Below, piece by piece: positions 52,702 through 63,119 of a DNA stretch of 64,000 bases. The stretch is from Porphyridium purpureum (Eukaryota), in assembly GCA_008690995.1 (NCBI GenBank), contig VRMN01000011.1, positions 248,001 to 312,000 on the forward strand. The letters run 5' to 3'. The position numbers were made by a program, and so were the translations under genes. Position 1 is the first letter of the stretch. Each line of letters opens with the position of its first letter. The notes under the pieces were generated by a model that had not been told where the DNA came from, made no database searches, and was given only the letters and a program-made list of their open reading frames with translations.

Positions 52702-55700
52702 TGTCGCTACCGAGGTATGTGGGTACAGTTGCCTGCGAGATAAGATAGCGGCCGGTCTGGCAAACCTGTGGCGACAGTGGTAGAGAGAGAGAGAGAGAGT
52801 GGACAGAGAGTAGTAAAGAGGACTTATAGTTCCCAGCCCATGGTAGCGGGTGAGAGCCCCCCAAAGCTGACTACTCGTCCACACGGAAGATAGCAACAAC
52901 ATTGAATTCAATCCGTTGCGTGGATTGTCTTCGGGGAGAAGGAAGGAATATTCCTATCACAAGGAGAAAACAAAGAGAACTTTCGCCCTCTGGGCAGGCC
53001 TGTGTAGGCACAGGATGTCTCAGTTAAGCGGATCGGTTCTATCCACCCGCGTGCTAGAGGCACGCGAGTTGACGGAAGAGTACAAAGCACAAATGGCAGA
53101 CAAGGACACGGCGGAGATCTTGGAGTCCCTTCAGGTTATGTTCACCGGCGAGATCATCAAGAATCTGGGGCCTGTCGGCCAGTTCTCATTCTACAGGTGG
53201 CTTGTAGACAAAGGAGTCACGATTCCTGAGAAAGACCATGGTGGGAACATAATCCCTGTTCTTTTCCGCCTTTTACCATTGTTGTCAGTCAGCCAGCGGG
53301 ATCCGGGATCCACTTCTAATGTGCAGGCTACAGTCGAGGTGGGGAGTATGGAAATCCAATCTGACAACGACAGGTCCGACGTGCCATACACTGATGGTAC
53401 ATCTCAAGGAGCGCGCGTTGCTATGAGCAAAAGCGAGGAAACCTTCATGAGACGCTACAGTGCATTCACCAAGGCATATCAGAGTGTAGATTCAAAGTTC
53501 TACGGTACCGACGAGGAAAATTTCGCCGCATGGCGAATGCAACTCGTAAATCATTTAGCTCTACACAATCTGGATGATCAGTACACTGCACAGGTGATCC
53601 AAGCCTGTCTCGCAGGCGATGCTCTTACGTTTTATCTTGGGACGTATGTTGACGAAGATTTGACAAAGTTCACCATAGCAGATGTTCTGGTGGGCTTAAG
53701 GGACCACTTTTACACCATCGAGAAGCTTGAACGCCTGCAGGAGCAGTGGGAAAAGGCAAACTTCGCGGAATTCCAGGCTAACAATTCCAATATCTCTGAA
53801 GTGGAAAATTTTAAGTCTTTGACCCAAAGACTCAAAAGAATCCAGCCAAATTTGAAAAAACCATACAGATCCCATGAAATGCTACGTGACAAGTATAAGC
53901 AAATCATGTTCAGACATCCTGTATACGAGCGCCTCGTCATGACCCCGCTGCCAACATCGGCTGACGCACTATGCAGCAAAATTGAAGCCTTGCTTCTGCA
54001 TATGCAACCCAGTACAGTCTCGCCAAAGCCGCAGCTTGCTTTCACTGCGCAGCAGACGTCAAGGGCACCTATGGCTCAGCCAAATCACTCGGTGACTCTG
54101 TATCAAGAGCGATACAGGCGTTCGCATGCAAAACCGCAGGCTAATCGGGCAAGATCTACTCCTCGACCGATTAGCATCGCATCCGCCAGCAATCCTCGTA
54201 CGGCACACGGCACACAGCTTCTTTGCGACATTTGCCAATCCGAAAAACATTTTCGGCGGTTCTGCCCCGACAAGGAAGCCAAAAGGAAATTTTATACTGC
54301 GAATTCAAACTACATGGTGGCAGATTTTCTAGGCTCCGACTCTTCTTCGGGTGCAGACGCAAGCGACAGCACCGACGATGTCACCCACACAGACCTCGTT
54401 TGGCTTTCGCCAAGTCTTGTTCTTTTTCAACATGACACCGCTTTTGTTATTGTCGACAGCGGCGCTAGCGGTGGAAACTTAGTGGGTGAACGATTCTGTC
54501 AAGCCCGACAAACCGTCCAAGTTACAGCCCCGCCAAGACGCGTAAAAATGGGCACAAGTGTCTTCGACACTCGCGGTCAAGCCAAAATTGTCATGCTAGA
54601 CATAGGTGGAGCAAAGCTCGAATTCTTTGCTGATGTCATACAACTTGACATCCCACCACTTCTTGGATGGCGCGAGCAAAAGGCGCGACACATGACACTG
54701 GACGCGGGCGCCGGCATATTAACGGCCCTTGCCGACAGCGAACAGCTCAACTTTAGGGTCCACACAATTGCTGGACTCCCTTGCATTTTACTTCCAAATC
54801 CAGAAAATCCAGATTCGATCAAAGAGCAACGTGATGATATAGTCCTGTTCACTGCTACAGAATTGCGCAGATTACACGTGCACTTTGGGCACGCACATCT
54901 CGACAAAATCCGCGATCTGTTGCAGCGCAGTGGTCAACGTCTGACTTCTGCCGAAATTCGCTGGTATGCAGATATCGTACAGAAGTGCAAAGCTTGCCAA
55001 TTCTACGCGGATGTACCACGGCGCCCCATTGTGGCCATGCCAGTCAACCCTTTCTTCAACCGCGATATCGCCATAGACACTGTATACTTCGACGGCCTCG
55101 CTGTGCTACACATTGTGTGCAAAGGAACCAAATATGCCAGGAATCCTGTTTTACGACGCACGGATGCGGTAACCGTCATCAGTACGTTCTATACTTCTTG
55201 GATCACCATCTTTGGCATTCCGGCCACATTATCCATGGACCGCGGTACTGAGTTTCTGAATGCAACTTTACTCGAATTCTGTGATGGACTCGGCATTGTG
55301 ATGCGTCCAGCGGCGACTGCAGCAGCCTGGTCGATAGGTGTCGTGGAACGACACCATAAGCCCCTGAAAACTGTGTACTTTCGCTTGAAAACAACATTCC
55401 CAGACCGCGATTGCGAATTATTGCTCGCACAAGCAGAATTTGCACTGAATGCCACGCTTGGCAACCGCGACACATGTCCATTTTTACTGGTCTTCGGTCA
55501 ATTACCCGTGTTCCCGCTTGGCACAGTCCAGGACCAACACAAAATGACCACAGACCGCCATATGGCTATGGAAGTCGCGCGTAGAACGACCGAAGGTATC
55601 ATTGCTACCAGGCGCATTCGCGAGGCAACGCACACAAGCGTTTCAGAAAGCGCACCAGCTTTGCTGAGCCGTGGAGACCGGGTGCTGTTCTGGCGCCCAA

Positions 55701-57977
55701 GTGAGAGAGCTTGGGTCGGACCCGCGACCGTGGTCCATGTACACGGAGATGCGAAAACGGTAAAAGTTGAATACAAAACGCGGAACTACCACCCAGCTCT
55801 CCACCAAGTCAAATTGTTCGTCGCGGATCAAGTGCTATGGGCCGACGAGACTGAGACTTTCTCCAAAATTCTGCAAGTATCAGAACATTCACTCAGAAGA
55901 AAATGTGACTTTACGATATCGCGCGCCAAAGAAATCGATGGATGGCATGCAAAGGGCGTAGTGGAAGCCATTCGCACGACAGAGCGCGCGAATCTAGACA
56001 CGCGGTGGGTGGACTCCATCAAACTTTCAGATGGAAAAGAGTTCCCGAAATCACGTCTCGCCTTGCGAGAGTTTGCAAAATTGCAACCACATGGTTCCAT
56101 GCTTCGAGACTCACCTACGACATCACGATGGACTGTGCGCGTTCTGCTCTCAGTAGCACTTAATCAATCATGGTCCATATCATCCTCGGACGTCGAACAA
56201 GCCTTTCTTCAGAGCCAGCCTCTGAAACGTCGCGTTTTGGTGCAACCTCCAAAAGAAGCTGGTCTACCATCTGGTGTCCTCTGGCTTCTGAAGAAAGCCG
56301 CCTACGGTCTGGTGGATGCTGCGTACATCTGGTACGAGTCTCTCCGCGACGTGCTCGTCAACAAAATGCAAATGAAAGAGTCCATGGTAGACCCGTGCTT
56401 ATTTGTTGCGAACGAGGGTGCATGCACAACCCAAGTCGACGATATCTTAACCGTGGGCACGCCCCAATTTCTCGAAGCTCAAAAAGAAATTCGCAAGTAT
56501 CTACAGCTCCATCGAGAAAAACGTGAGAAGTTCATTTTCAACGGAGCCCAGCTCACAGTCAAGGAGAACTGTGTCAGTATTGATTTACAAGCGTATATCG
56601 AGAAATCTCGCATTGTGGCAGTGAGAATCACCACTTATAGTGACTTCCAGCGCTTCCGCGGCCAACTGCTATGGCTTGCTGCCAATTCGAGACCAGACTT
56701 AGCGTATCCTGCTGCACAACTCTCGCAAATCTCACAAGACATGTTCGACCATAAGGTGTACAAAGAGTTAGTAGCCCAAGCGCGGGGTGCAGTCTGCACA
56801 ATGCCATATTTGCACTTCAACCGCCTTCACGGCACCGTGGCAATTCAAGTATTTGCGGACGCCAGTTTCGCAAACAATGTTGACTTGAGCAGCCAGCTCG
56901 GCTTTATCATCTGTCTCGCGGACAGCCAAGGCCATTATAATATTGTGCACTGGCGCTCGGGAAAATCCCGCCGTGTTGTCAAATCGACTCTCGCAGCCGA
57001 GACGCTCGCAGTCATCGACGCATTCGACCACGCCGGTGCAGTGAAGCATATGCTCCAGGAACTAGGAATTCCCAGCCCGGAAGTTATTCTTTACACGGAC
57101 AATCGATCCGTATTTGACGCCATGTCCAAGCGCACGGCCTGCACCGAGAAAGCCGTACAGATATCTGTCGCCATCCTGCGACAAGCATTGCAAGAAGCAG
57201 CGCTCACCAAAATCGGACTTCTGTTGTCTGCTGACAATCCAGCCGATGCATTGACCAAAGCGCGCGGCAACTCTGAGCTAGACTCGCTCCTGCGTGCTGA
57301 AGTCTATCACCCTAAGGTTGTGGAATGGTTTGAAGTGAAAAAGTAAAGTACACTGCACTTTATGGGTGTTCACTTACACACCAATATAGATTCTGACGGA
57401 AATTGAACTGTTCCGTGGGTCTGAAGGAAGGTGAACAGGAAGCAACAGTTTTCGTCGATTACGCTGTCTGTCGTCGTGTCCCACGCGGTGGTTACGTGTT
57501 ACAAGCCAAATGCGCTTCGCCCACAAGCTTGTGCGGGCATGAAGGGCAACGCGTGAGGGTTTGATGTTTTATTCTTTTTCTTTGTTTGTTTGAGTCTGTT
57601 GAATTCAGCAATTTTCGAGTGCGTGTTTTTGTCCTGAGAAGGTTTTTCCGCCGTGCTGATTTGAATTTGTTTCTTCTATTCTAAGTACTCCATTTCGTTG
57701 TCCAAGACTCACGTTGATGTAACAATTCCGTGTCGCCTCGGTTGATGCGCTCATGCCACAAAAGGAAAAGGGTTGTGTGTCGCTACCGAGGTATGTGGGT
57801 ACAGTTGCCTGCGAGATAAGATAGCGGCCGGTCTGGCAAACCTGTGGCGACAGTGGTAGAGAGAGAGAGAGAGAGTGGACAGAGAGTAGTCAAGAGGACT
57901 TATAGTTCCCGGCCCATGGTAGCGGGTGAGAGCCCCCCAAAGCTGACTACTCGTCCACACGGAAGATAGCAACAACA
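52702..57977 (+). mobile_element. GalEa-like Copia LTR retrotransposon (element B), complete
   Basis: 200-bp TG...CA LTRs (52702-52901, 57778-57977; two mismatches seen; internal (AG)9); TSD GACTC at 52697-52701 and 57978-57982; PPT AAAAGGAAAAGGG at 57760-57772. Confidence 0.92.
53015..57346 (+). CDS. Single Gag-Pol polyprotein of element B (PR-IN-RT-RH order)
   Basis: CDICQSEKHFRRFC, VDSGAS, LHVHFGH..CKAC, MDRGTEF..VERHH, YGLVDA, QVDD, ADASFAN..SQLG, WRSGKSRRVVKSTLAAE, NPADALTK. Confidence 0.92.
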   Translation: MSQLSGSVLSTRVLEARELTEEYKAQMADKDTAEILESLQVMFTGEIIKNLGPVGQFSFYRWLVDKGVTIPEKDHGGNIIPVLFRLLPLLSVSQRDPGSTSNVQATVEVGSMEIQSDNDRSDVPYTDGTSQGARVAMSKSEETFMRRYSAFTKAYQSVDSKFYGTDEENFAAWRMQLVNHLALHNLDDQYTAQVIQACLAGDALTFYLGTYVDEDLTKFTIADVLVGLRDHFYTIEKLERLQEQWEKANFAEFQANNSNISEVENFKSLTQRLKRIQPNLKKPYRSHEMLRDKYKQIMFRHPVYERLVMTPLPTSADALCSKIEALLLHMQPSTVSPKPQLAFTAQQTSRAPMAQPNHSVTLYQERYRRSHAKPQANRARSTPRPISIASASNPRTAHGTQLLCDICQSEKHFRRFCPDKEAKRKFYTANSNYMVADFLGSDSSSGADASDSTDDVTHTDLVWLSPSLVLFQHDTAFVIVDSGASGGNLVGERFCQARQTVQVTAPPRRVKMGTSVFDTRGQAKIVMLDIGGAKLEFFADVIQLDIPPLLGWREQKARHMTLDAGAGILTALADSEQLNFRVHTIAGLPCILLPNPENPDSIKEQRDDIVLFTATELRRLHVHFGHAHLDKIRDLLQRSGQRLTSAEIRWYADIVQKCKACQFYADVPRRPIVAMPVNPFFNRDIAIDTVYFDGLAVLHIVCKGTKYARNPVLRRTDAVTVISTFYTSWITIFGIPATLSMDRGTEFLNATLLEFCDGLGIVMRPAATAAAWSIGVVERHHKPLKTVYFRLKTTFPDRDCELLLAQAEFALNATLGNRDTCPFLLVFGQLPVFPLGTVQDQHKMTTDRHMAMEVARRTTEGIIATRRIREATHTSVSESAPALLSRGDRVLFWRPSERAWVGPATVVHVHGDAKTVKVEYKTRNYHPALHQVKLFVADQVLWADETETFSKILQVSEHSLRRKCDFTISRAKEIDGWHAKGVVEAIRTTERANLDTRWVDSIKLSDGKEFPKSRLALREFAKLQPHGSMLRDSPTTSRWTVRVLLSVALNQSWSISSSDVEQAFLQSQPLKRRVLVQPPKEAGLPSGVLWLLKKAAYGLVDAAYIWYESLRDVLVNKMQMKESMVDPCLFVANEGACTTQVDDILTVGTPQFLEAQKEIRKYLQLHREKREKFIFNGAQLTVKENCVSIDLQAYIEKSRIVAVRITTYSDFQRFRGQLLWLAANSRPDLAYPAAQLSQISQDMFDHKVYKELVAQARGAVCTMPYLHFNRLHGTVAIQVFADASFANNVDLSSQLGFIICLADSQGHYNIVHWRSGKSRRVVKSTLAAETLAVIDAFDHAGAVKHMLQELGIPSPEVILYTDNRSVFDAMSKRTACTEKAVQISVAILRQALQEAALTKIGLLLSADNPADALTKARGNSELDSLLRAEVYHPKVVEWFEVKK

Positions 57978-58144
57978 GACTCACAGGGATCCATTCCGGT
58001 ATTTCGGGGAGAAAGTTTTTGGAGCCAATATTTAGAGGTTGAAACTGAAAGAGGTGTGCACAGAGTGTCGAAACAGGCTTGGGAGTGTTGCGATGGGTGT
58101 GTTTCGTGCGTACAGTTTTGTTTGAATAGGAATGGGAAAAAGCG

Positions 58145-58937
58145 TGGAATTTTAGGGTTCCGCCCCGAGAGACGCCGTAGGGTTTTGAGTACAAAACCCT
58201 AGAAAGTTCTATGATGAAAGATTGTTCGAGAAGCGTGATGATCTCGGACCTGCGAAATGTTTGTCATTGTCGTTTTGTGTGGCCTTGTGCAAAGGTCAAA
58301 GGCCGGCCGAAGCTTCTGGATTCGTTCTTGACGCGCCCTCCCGGCCATTTTCCGGATACGTGGCCGGCTGTGGTTGCGAGTTGTGGAACGAATCAAAACC
58401 TGTGGTGGAAATTCGTCCTGTTGGAGAAATTTGTTCTCCCGTCCTTGCTGGAAAGAGCAAGGACGAAGGGTATAAAAGGACGAAGGGGCAAGCTGGTTCC
58501 CAGGAATTTCCAGGTCAAGGTAGAAGAAGAGGTAAGGGCAAATAGAATAAAAAGAGAATTGGTTAGTTGGATTGAGGCAGTCGTTGGAAGACTTGGGTTG
58601 GATTTGCGGGAGAGGCACGCTAGCGTGTTGTGCGAGCGGATATCGGTCTGGAGTGTTTTTAAAAAGGCAGCTGGGGTTTAAAAGTACCTTCCATCACCCT
58701 TCACTTGTCAAGACCGGTCCACTCCCTCTCGTAGTCCCCTATAAGTTGAATTTTCTGTCCTCTCTTCCTTTCTAGCCACTTTTCTCTGATTGTCCTGCTT
58801 GTCCTTCCGTTCGTTTCGGTGTGTCGGTTCGTCATCGGTTTGTCAGTTTCCGGGGTGTGGTGGTTTCCAGTTCCTGTTATCGGTGAAGCGGTCCGGTTTT
58901 GTTGATTCGGTTACAAAGCGGAGAGGGAGAAATTCCA
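58145..58937 (+). repeat. 5' LTR of element C
   Basis: 8-bp terminal inverted repeat; TATAAAAG at 58471; direct repeat of 63109-63901. Confidence 0.93.
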
Positions 58938-58939
58938 AG

Positions 58940-58957
58940 TGGTATCATCGCCCGGTT
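58940..58957 (+). promoter_or_regulatory. Primer-binding site, probably for the 3' end of tRNA-iMet
   Basis: TGGTATCATCGCCCGGTT, two nt after the LTR end. Confidence 0.8.
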
Positions 58958-58968
58958 GTTTGGAGAGA

Positions 58969-59916
58969 ATGGAAAGCCATGAAATGGAAATGAATGTCCC
59001 GCAGGAGAATGCGGCATGGATTGAGGCAGCTAATCAGCTGCATGCGCGCATTGCGGGACAGGAGATGATGATGGCACAAGTGCAGGAAGCGAATCGTAAC
59101 CTCCATGAAATGATGCAAGTTTTGTTGCGCCAGCAGACCGTGGCGTCTGGGTCTGGTGACAACGATCGTGCCATGGCCGCGTTAATTGGGCGCAGTTTGA
59201 GAAAGTTTGATGGTCAGCGTGACAAGCTCGTTGTCAATGAATGGCTGATGCGAATGAAGAGCGACCTGGATATCTGCATGCCCGCAGGTGCTTTGGACTC
59301 GCAGAAAGTGATTGTTGCAAGTCGCTTTTTCGAGAGGGACGCAGCGCTGCTTTGGGCAGCTCGTCCGGAGGAGCAGAGAAAGGGCCTTGCAGAGGCCGGA
59401 TGGGATGCGTTCGCAAACTTCGTGCGCACAGCGTTTGAGCCGCCGCAGGCGCATTTGACAGCGCGCACCAATCTGTATCAGTTGAAGCAAGGGAAAATGA
59501 CGGTCGCAGAATTTGAGCAGAATCTCAGGATGACAGCGTTGTCAGTTGAAGATGTGACAGATGCAGAACTGAACACCATCTTCACGCTGGGCTTGAAGGA
59601 GAAACTGCGTATTGAGGTGGCCCGTCAGGACACAAGGACCTTGGAAGAATCACTGAAAGTTGCGTTGGCAGCTGAGCAGGTTGCAAAGTTCGGAGGAGAT
59701 ATGAGTCAAGTGATCAAGAACTCGTCATCGACTCATAGCAGGGCGTTCTCGTCGCATTCTGGTAGCGCACCAATGGATTTGGGAGCCATGGACAAGCGGA
59801 AGTCTGGCAAGACCAAAGTGAAGTGTTACCATTGTGGAGAACGTGGACACATTAAGCCCAAATGCCCTAAATTGAAGGAGCGCTTGGCAGGTGGTCCGCC
59901 AGAGCCGGAAAACTAA
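58969..59916 (+). CDS. Gag of element C (Ty3/Gypsy Retrotrans_gag-like, CCHC knuckle)
   Basis: KFDGQRD..VNEWL, LKQGKMTVAEF, FTLGLK..LR, APMDLG, CYHCGERGHIKPKC. Confidence 0.88.
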   Translation: MESHEMEMNVPQENAAWIEAANQLHARIAGQEMMMAQVQEANRNLHEMMQVLLRQQTVASGSGDNDRAMAALIGRSLRKFDGQRDKLVVNEWLMRMKSDLDICMPAGALDSQKVIVASRFFERDAALLWAARPEEQRKGLAEAGWDAFANFVRTAFEPPQAHLTARTNLYQLKQGKMTVAEFEQNLRMTALSVEDVTDAELNTIFTLGLKEKLRIEVARQDTRTLEESLKVALAAEQVAKFGGDMSQVIKNSSSTHSRAFSSHSGSAPMDLGAMDKRKSGKTKVKCYHCGERGHIKPKCPKLKERLAGGPPEPEN

Positions 59917-59968
59917 GACCTCGAGAGCCAAGACAGGAGGAGATCTCGAGGGGAATGGAGCCTCCTGT
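59907..59968 (+). promoter_or_regulatory. Predicted -1 programmed ribosomal frameshift signal (slippery heptamer plus H-type pseudoknot)
   Basis: G_GAA_AAC just before the gag TAA; stem 1 CCTCGAGA/TCTCGAGG, stem 2 ACAGGAGG/CCTCCTGT; -1 frame open into pol. Confidence 0.8.
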
Positions 59969-62900
59969 AATGGGTGTTGTGGAAGGTGTTGCGCACGAGG
60001 GTGCGAGGTCAAGGCTCTTCTACAAACATGGGAAAGTGAGTGGTTCAAAAATCGACTTCTTGATTGACAGTGGAGCGTCGCATAATTTCCTGGGGTCCCG
60101 ATTCTTGGACGCAAGCGTAAAGTCCAGTTGCGATGAATGCATGGTCGAGCTTGCGGGAGGACAGAGAATGAAGGTGCACGGCCCCATTGTGCTTGCGGTG
60201 GACCTCGGTTTCTGGATAGGGAACGTCGAGTTTTATATCGGTCCCATTCGTATGGATGCCATCTTAGGGTGGAAATGGCTCAAGATGGTGAATCCTAAGA
60301 TTGATTGGCAGAAGGGACTGATGGAAACGAGGCCCGAGGGGAAGGAAATATGCACGTTGGAAAATGTTGAAGAAGTGGTTCCCGAGCTTGACGGGAAAAA
60401 TCAGAGCGTGGCTGCTTCGGAACACGAGTTGACTCACATGCCTATGCAAAGAGACTGTGAGACGTGTGTCGTGGCGAAGATAAAGCGACGCCCGGCCCGA
60501 AGGCTGGAGAAAGATGTCAGTGCATTGTCATTCAATGATGAAGTCGGAATTGACTTGGTGGAGCCTGGGCGAAATGTGAAGTCGGTAGATGGTTCAAAGT
60601 TTATTTTGACGCATATCGACAGAGCCACAGGATGGGTGACATTGGCGGGGCTACGTGCGAAAACCCACACGGCGGTTGCGGACGCTTGGAAAAGTGTGCA
60701 AGCCGGGAGAGGATGGCCGAAGGTTTTGCGAACGGATGATGGGAATGAGTTCAAGGGAGATGTGGGGAGACTGGTGCGTGAACACCTCATAAAGCACGAG
60801 GTGGGGATTCCGTACAGGCCAAACAGTCATGCTGAACAGGAGCGGTTTCACCACACGCTGAATCAGGGAATCCGTGCGAATCTTGTGCAGGCCGGACTCG
60901 GGAAGCGTTGGTTCATGCACGCCGCGCAGCATTTTGCGTTCATGACGAATAGACTTCACGTGGGCAGGAAGTCTGGAAAGACGCCGTTTGAATTACGACG
61001 TGGTGAAAAATGGTCGCCGAGAAATCTTAGTTTGCCATTCGGGTGCAAGGTGGTCTACAAAGATGATCAGCCTGACAATAAGTATGCACCGCGAGGAAAA
61101 GTTGGCATTCTCGTCGGCGTTGGAGAGCATCCGATGGCAATTTTGGTGCTTCCTCGGGATGACTGGACGAGTGAGACCCCAAAAGTAATTCGCACTCAGG
61201 ATTTTAAGGCATTTACCCATGAGTTCCCTTTAAAGGGAATTGAACGAGAGATGGTGAGCCTGAGCCAGCAGGAAGAGTTGCCAGAAGTGGACGAACCATC
61301 CGCGGTTGAAGCGGTGCAGGACTTGGATCGTCGTATCGATGCTCTCAGAGCTCGAGAAGCGGAGCTTGAGAAAGAGATCGAGGCATTGAAAGTGAGAGTG
61401 GTTGACGAGGAACGGGCAGCAGGCACGGGTGGTCCAGTGACGATCCCACAGTTGAACTTAACGACTTTGCTGAAAACTGGAGCGGCGTTAGCGTCTGAGC
61501 AAGGACGAGCCGCGATGGAAAAAGAAGTCAAATCCATGCTGAGATTTGGGGTATGGGATGAGAATCCCTTGACGCTGGAGGAGGCCCGGAGGCAACCTGG
61601 TGCTCGTTTCGTACGCACACATTTCATTTTCGGTCTGAAATTTGCTGAGATGCCGGAAGAATTTCGCAAGGTGAAGTGCCGCTTGGTGGCCGGGGGAAAC
61701 AGGATATGGGGGTCCGATGGAGCTGCGACGAATGACATTTTTGATTATGAGACGCCTGCTGGTTTGTCAGCTATCCGAATGATAATAGCTGTGGCTGCAA
61801 TTCTGGGCCTTCAGATTGTTAGTTTCGACATCAGCTCGGCATACCTCCATGCGGACCTGTCTGGGCCACCTACGTTTGCATACTTACCGCGTGAAATTTG
61901 TGATTCAAAAGACACAGTAGTCAGGCTGAGAAAGGCGCTGTATGGCTTGCCCAGGAGCGGCTCGGATTTCTCACAAGATGCTCGGAGGAGATTGCAAAAG
62001 TTCCAGTGGAAGCTCGTGCATGGTGAAAAGAATGTGTACGTCCGGAGAAATGCTGCAAGTTCGTCAGTTGCGTTGTTGGCTCTGTACGTGGATGATGGTC
62101 TATTAGCCTGTCGAGAGGAGGAACGCCCAGGAATCATCGAAGAATTGAAACAAGAGTTTCTCATAGAAAAAGCACCAGAACTATTGACGGAAGGAGGATC
62201 CTTGAGATTCCTGGGGACGAGCATTTCCCTCAAAAATGGGAGCGTGAGTTTGGCGAATCAAGAGTATCAAGATGTGGTCATTCGGGAATTTGAGCAGGAT
62301 ATTAGACGCGTATTGCGTGCCGTGAAGTCACCATCTGAGAAGCTAGATGGCGAGGAAGTTCTGAATTATCAAGTCATCTGGAAGACTTTGAAAGTAAGAG
62401 AACACGTCGGGAGGCTGATGTGGCTCGCCAGAACGGTTCGACCTGATATTGCGTATGCAGTCGGTATGATTGCCCGGTACGTTGACAAGTGGAATGTGGC
62501 AGCAGAAAGGCTGCTCGTACGAGTCGTGCAGTATTTGAAAACACCTCGGGAAGCATTGGAGTATCACGTGTTGGGGAATCTCAAGGAAGGCATCAGAATG
62601 GTGAACATTCTTGGATACACGGATGCTGACTTTGCTGGTTGTCCAGAGAGTCGTGTGTCGACTTCTGGAAGAGCAACGTACTTAGTTGCTGGAGATTACA
62701 AGTACCTAGTGGATTGGTCTTCAAGAAAGCAGCGTTTCGTGAGCTCGTCGACTTCAGAGTCGGAGCTGGCCGCCCTAGAGGAAACTGTGCAACTCTCGTT
62801 GTTTCCTGCATTGTCTTTCTTGCGAAGTATACGTGACGGAGAGTTCTCGGTGATTTTGATGTGTGACAATCAAGCTGTGATGCGAGCAATAGAGATGGGG

Positions 62901-63119
62901 TACTCGCCAAAGTTGCATCATATGGCGATAACCCGAGCAACAGATTTGGCCTGGTTGCATCAGGTGTGCGAAAAGCAGAAACTTGTGAAACTGGCATTTG
63001 TGAAGACGGACGAAAATGTGGCGGACTTAATGACCAAGGCCTTATTTCCGGAGGGCCACATTAAGTGCTGGGAGAAGTTACGCGTCCCTCAGACCGGAAG
63101 GAGGAGCGTGGAATTTTAG
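59913..63119 (+). CDS. Pol of element C (PR-IN-RT-RNaseH), in the -1 frame relative to gag; stop codon lies inside the 3' LTR
   Basis: FLIDSGASHNF..ILGWKWL....PKIDW; HELTHMP...C..C; RTDDGNEF..ER; LYGLPRSG, YVDD, RPDIAYAV, YTDADFAG, WSSRKQ, NVADLMTK. Confidence 0.9.
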   Translation, partial: LRPREPRQEEISRGMEPPVMGVVEGVAHEGARSRLFYKHGKVSGSKIDFLIDSGASHNFLGSRFLDASVKSSCDECMVELAGGQRMKVHGPIVLAVDLGFWIGNVEFYIGPIRMDAILGWKWLKMVNPKIDWQKGLMETRPEGKEICTLENVEEVVPELDGKNQSVAASEHELTHMPMQRDCETCVVAKIKRRPARRLEKDVSALSFNDEVGIDLVEPGRNVKSVDGSKFILTHIDRATGWVTLAGLRAKTHTAVADAWKSVQAGRGWPKVLRTDDGNEFKGDVGRLVREHLIKHEVGIPYRPNSHAEQERFHHTLNQGIRANLVQAGLGKRWFMHAAQHFAFMTNRLHVGRKSGKTPFELRRGEKWSPRNLSLPFGCKVVYKDDQPDNKYAPRGKVGILVGVGEHPMAILVLPRDDWTSETPKVIRTQDFKAFTHEFPLKGIEREMVSLSQQEELPEVDEPSAVEAVQDLDRRIDALRAREAELEKEIEALKVRVVDEERAAGTGGPVTIPQLNLTTLLKTGAALASEQGRAAMEKEVKSMLRFGVWDENPLTLEEARRQPGARFVRTHFIFGLKFAEMPEEFRKVKCRLVAGGNRIWGSDGAATNDIFDYETPAGLSAIRMIIAVAAILGLQIVSFDISSAYLHADLSGPPTFAYLPREICDSKDTVVRLRKALYGLPRSGSDFSQDARRRLQKFQWKLVHGEKNVYVRRNAASSSVALLALYVDDGLLACREEERPGIIEELKQEFLIEKAPELLTEGGSLRFLGTSISLKNGSVSLANQEYQDVVIREFEQDIRRVLRAVKSPSEKLDGEEVLNYQVIWKTLKVREHVGRLMWLARTVRPDIAYAVGMIARYVDKWNVAAERLLVRVVQYLKTPREALEYHVLGNLKEGIRMVNILGYTDADFAGCPESRVSTSGRATYLVAGDYKYLVDWSSRKQRFVSSSTSESELAALEETVQLSLFPALSFLRSIRDGEFSVILMCDNQAVMRAIEMGYSPKLHHMAITRATDLAWLHQVCEKQKLVKLAFVKTDENVADLMTKALFPEGHIKCWEKLRVPQTGRRSVEF

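Noticed and set aside
57347..57777. Extra ORF (env-like) in the 3' region of element B
   Set aside because: T-rich, about 430 bp, with no substantial ORF; treated as 3' UTR
58199..58775. Short ORFs duplicated at 58.2 kb and 63.2 kb, and similar ones at 42.3, 47.0 and 51.8 kb
   Set aside because: They lie inside LTRs; the duplication reflects the LTRs, and no protein motifs are visible
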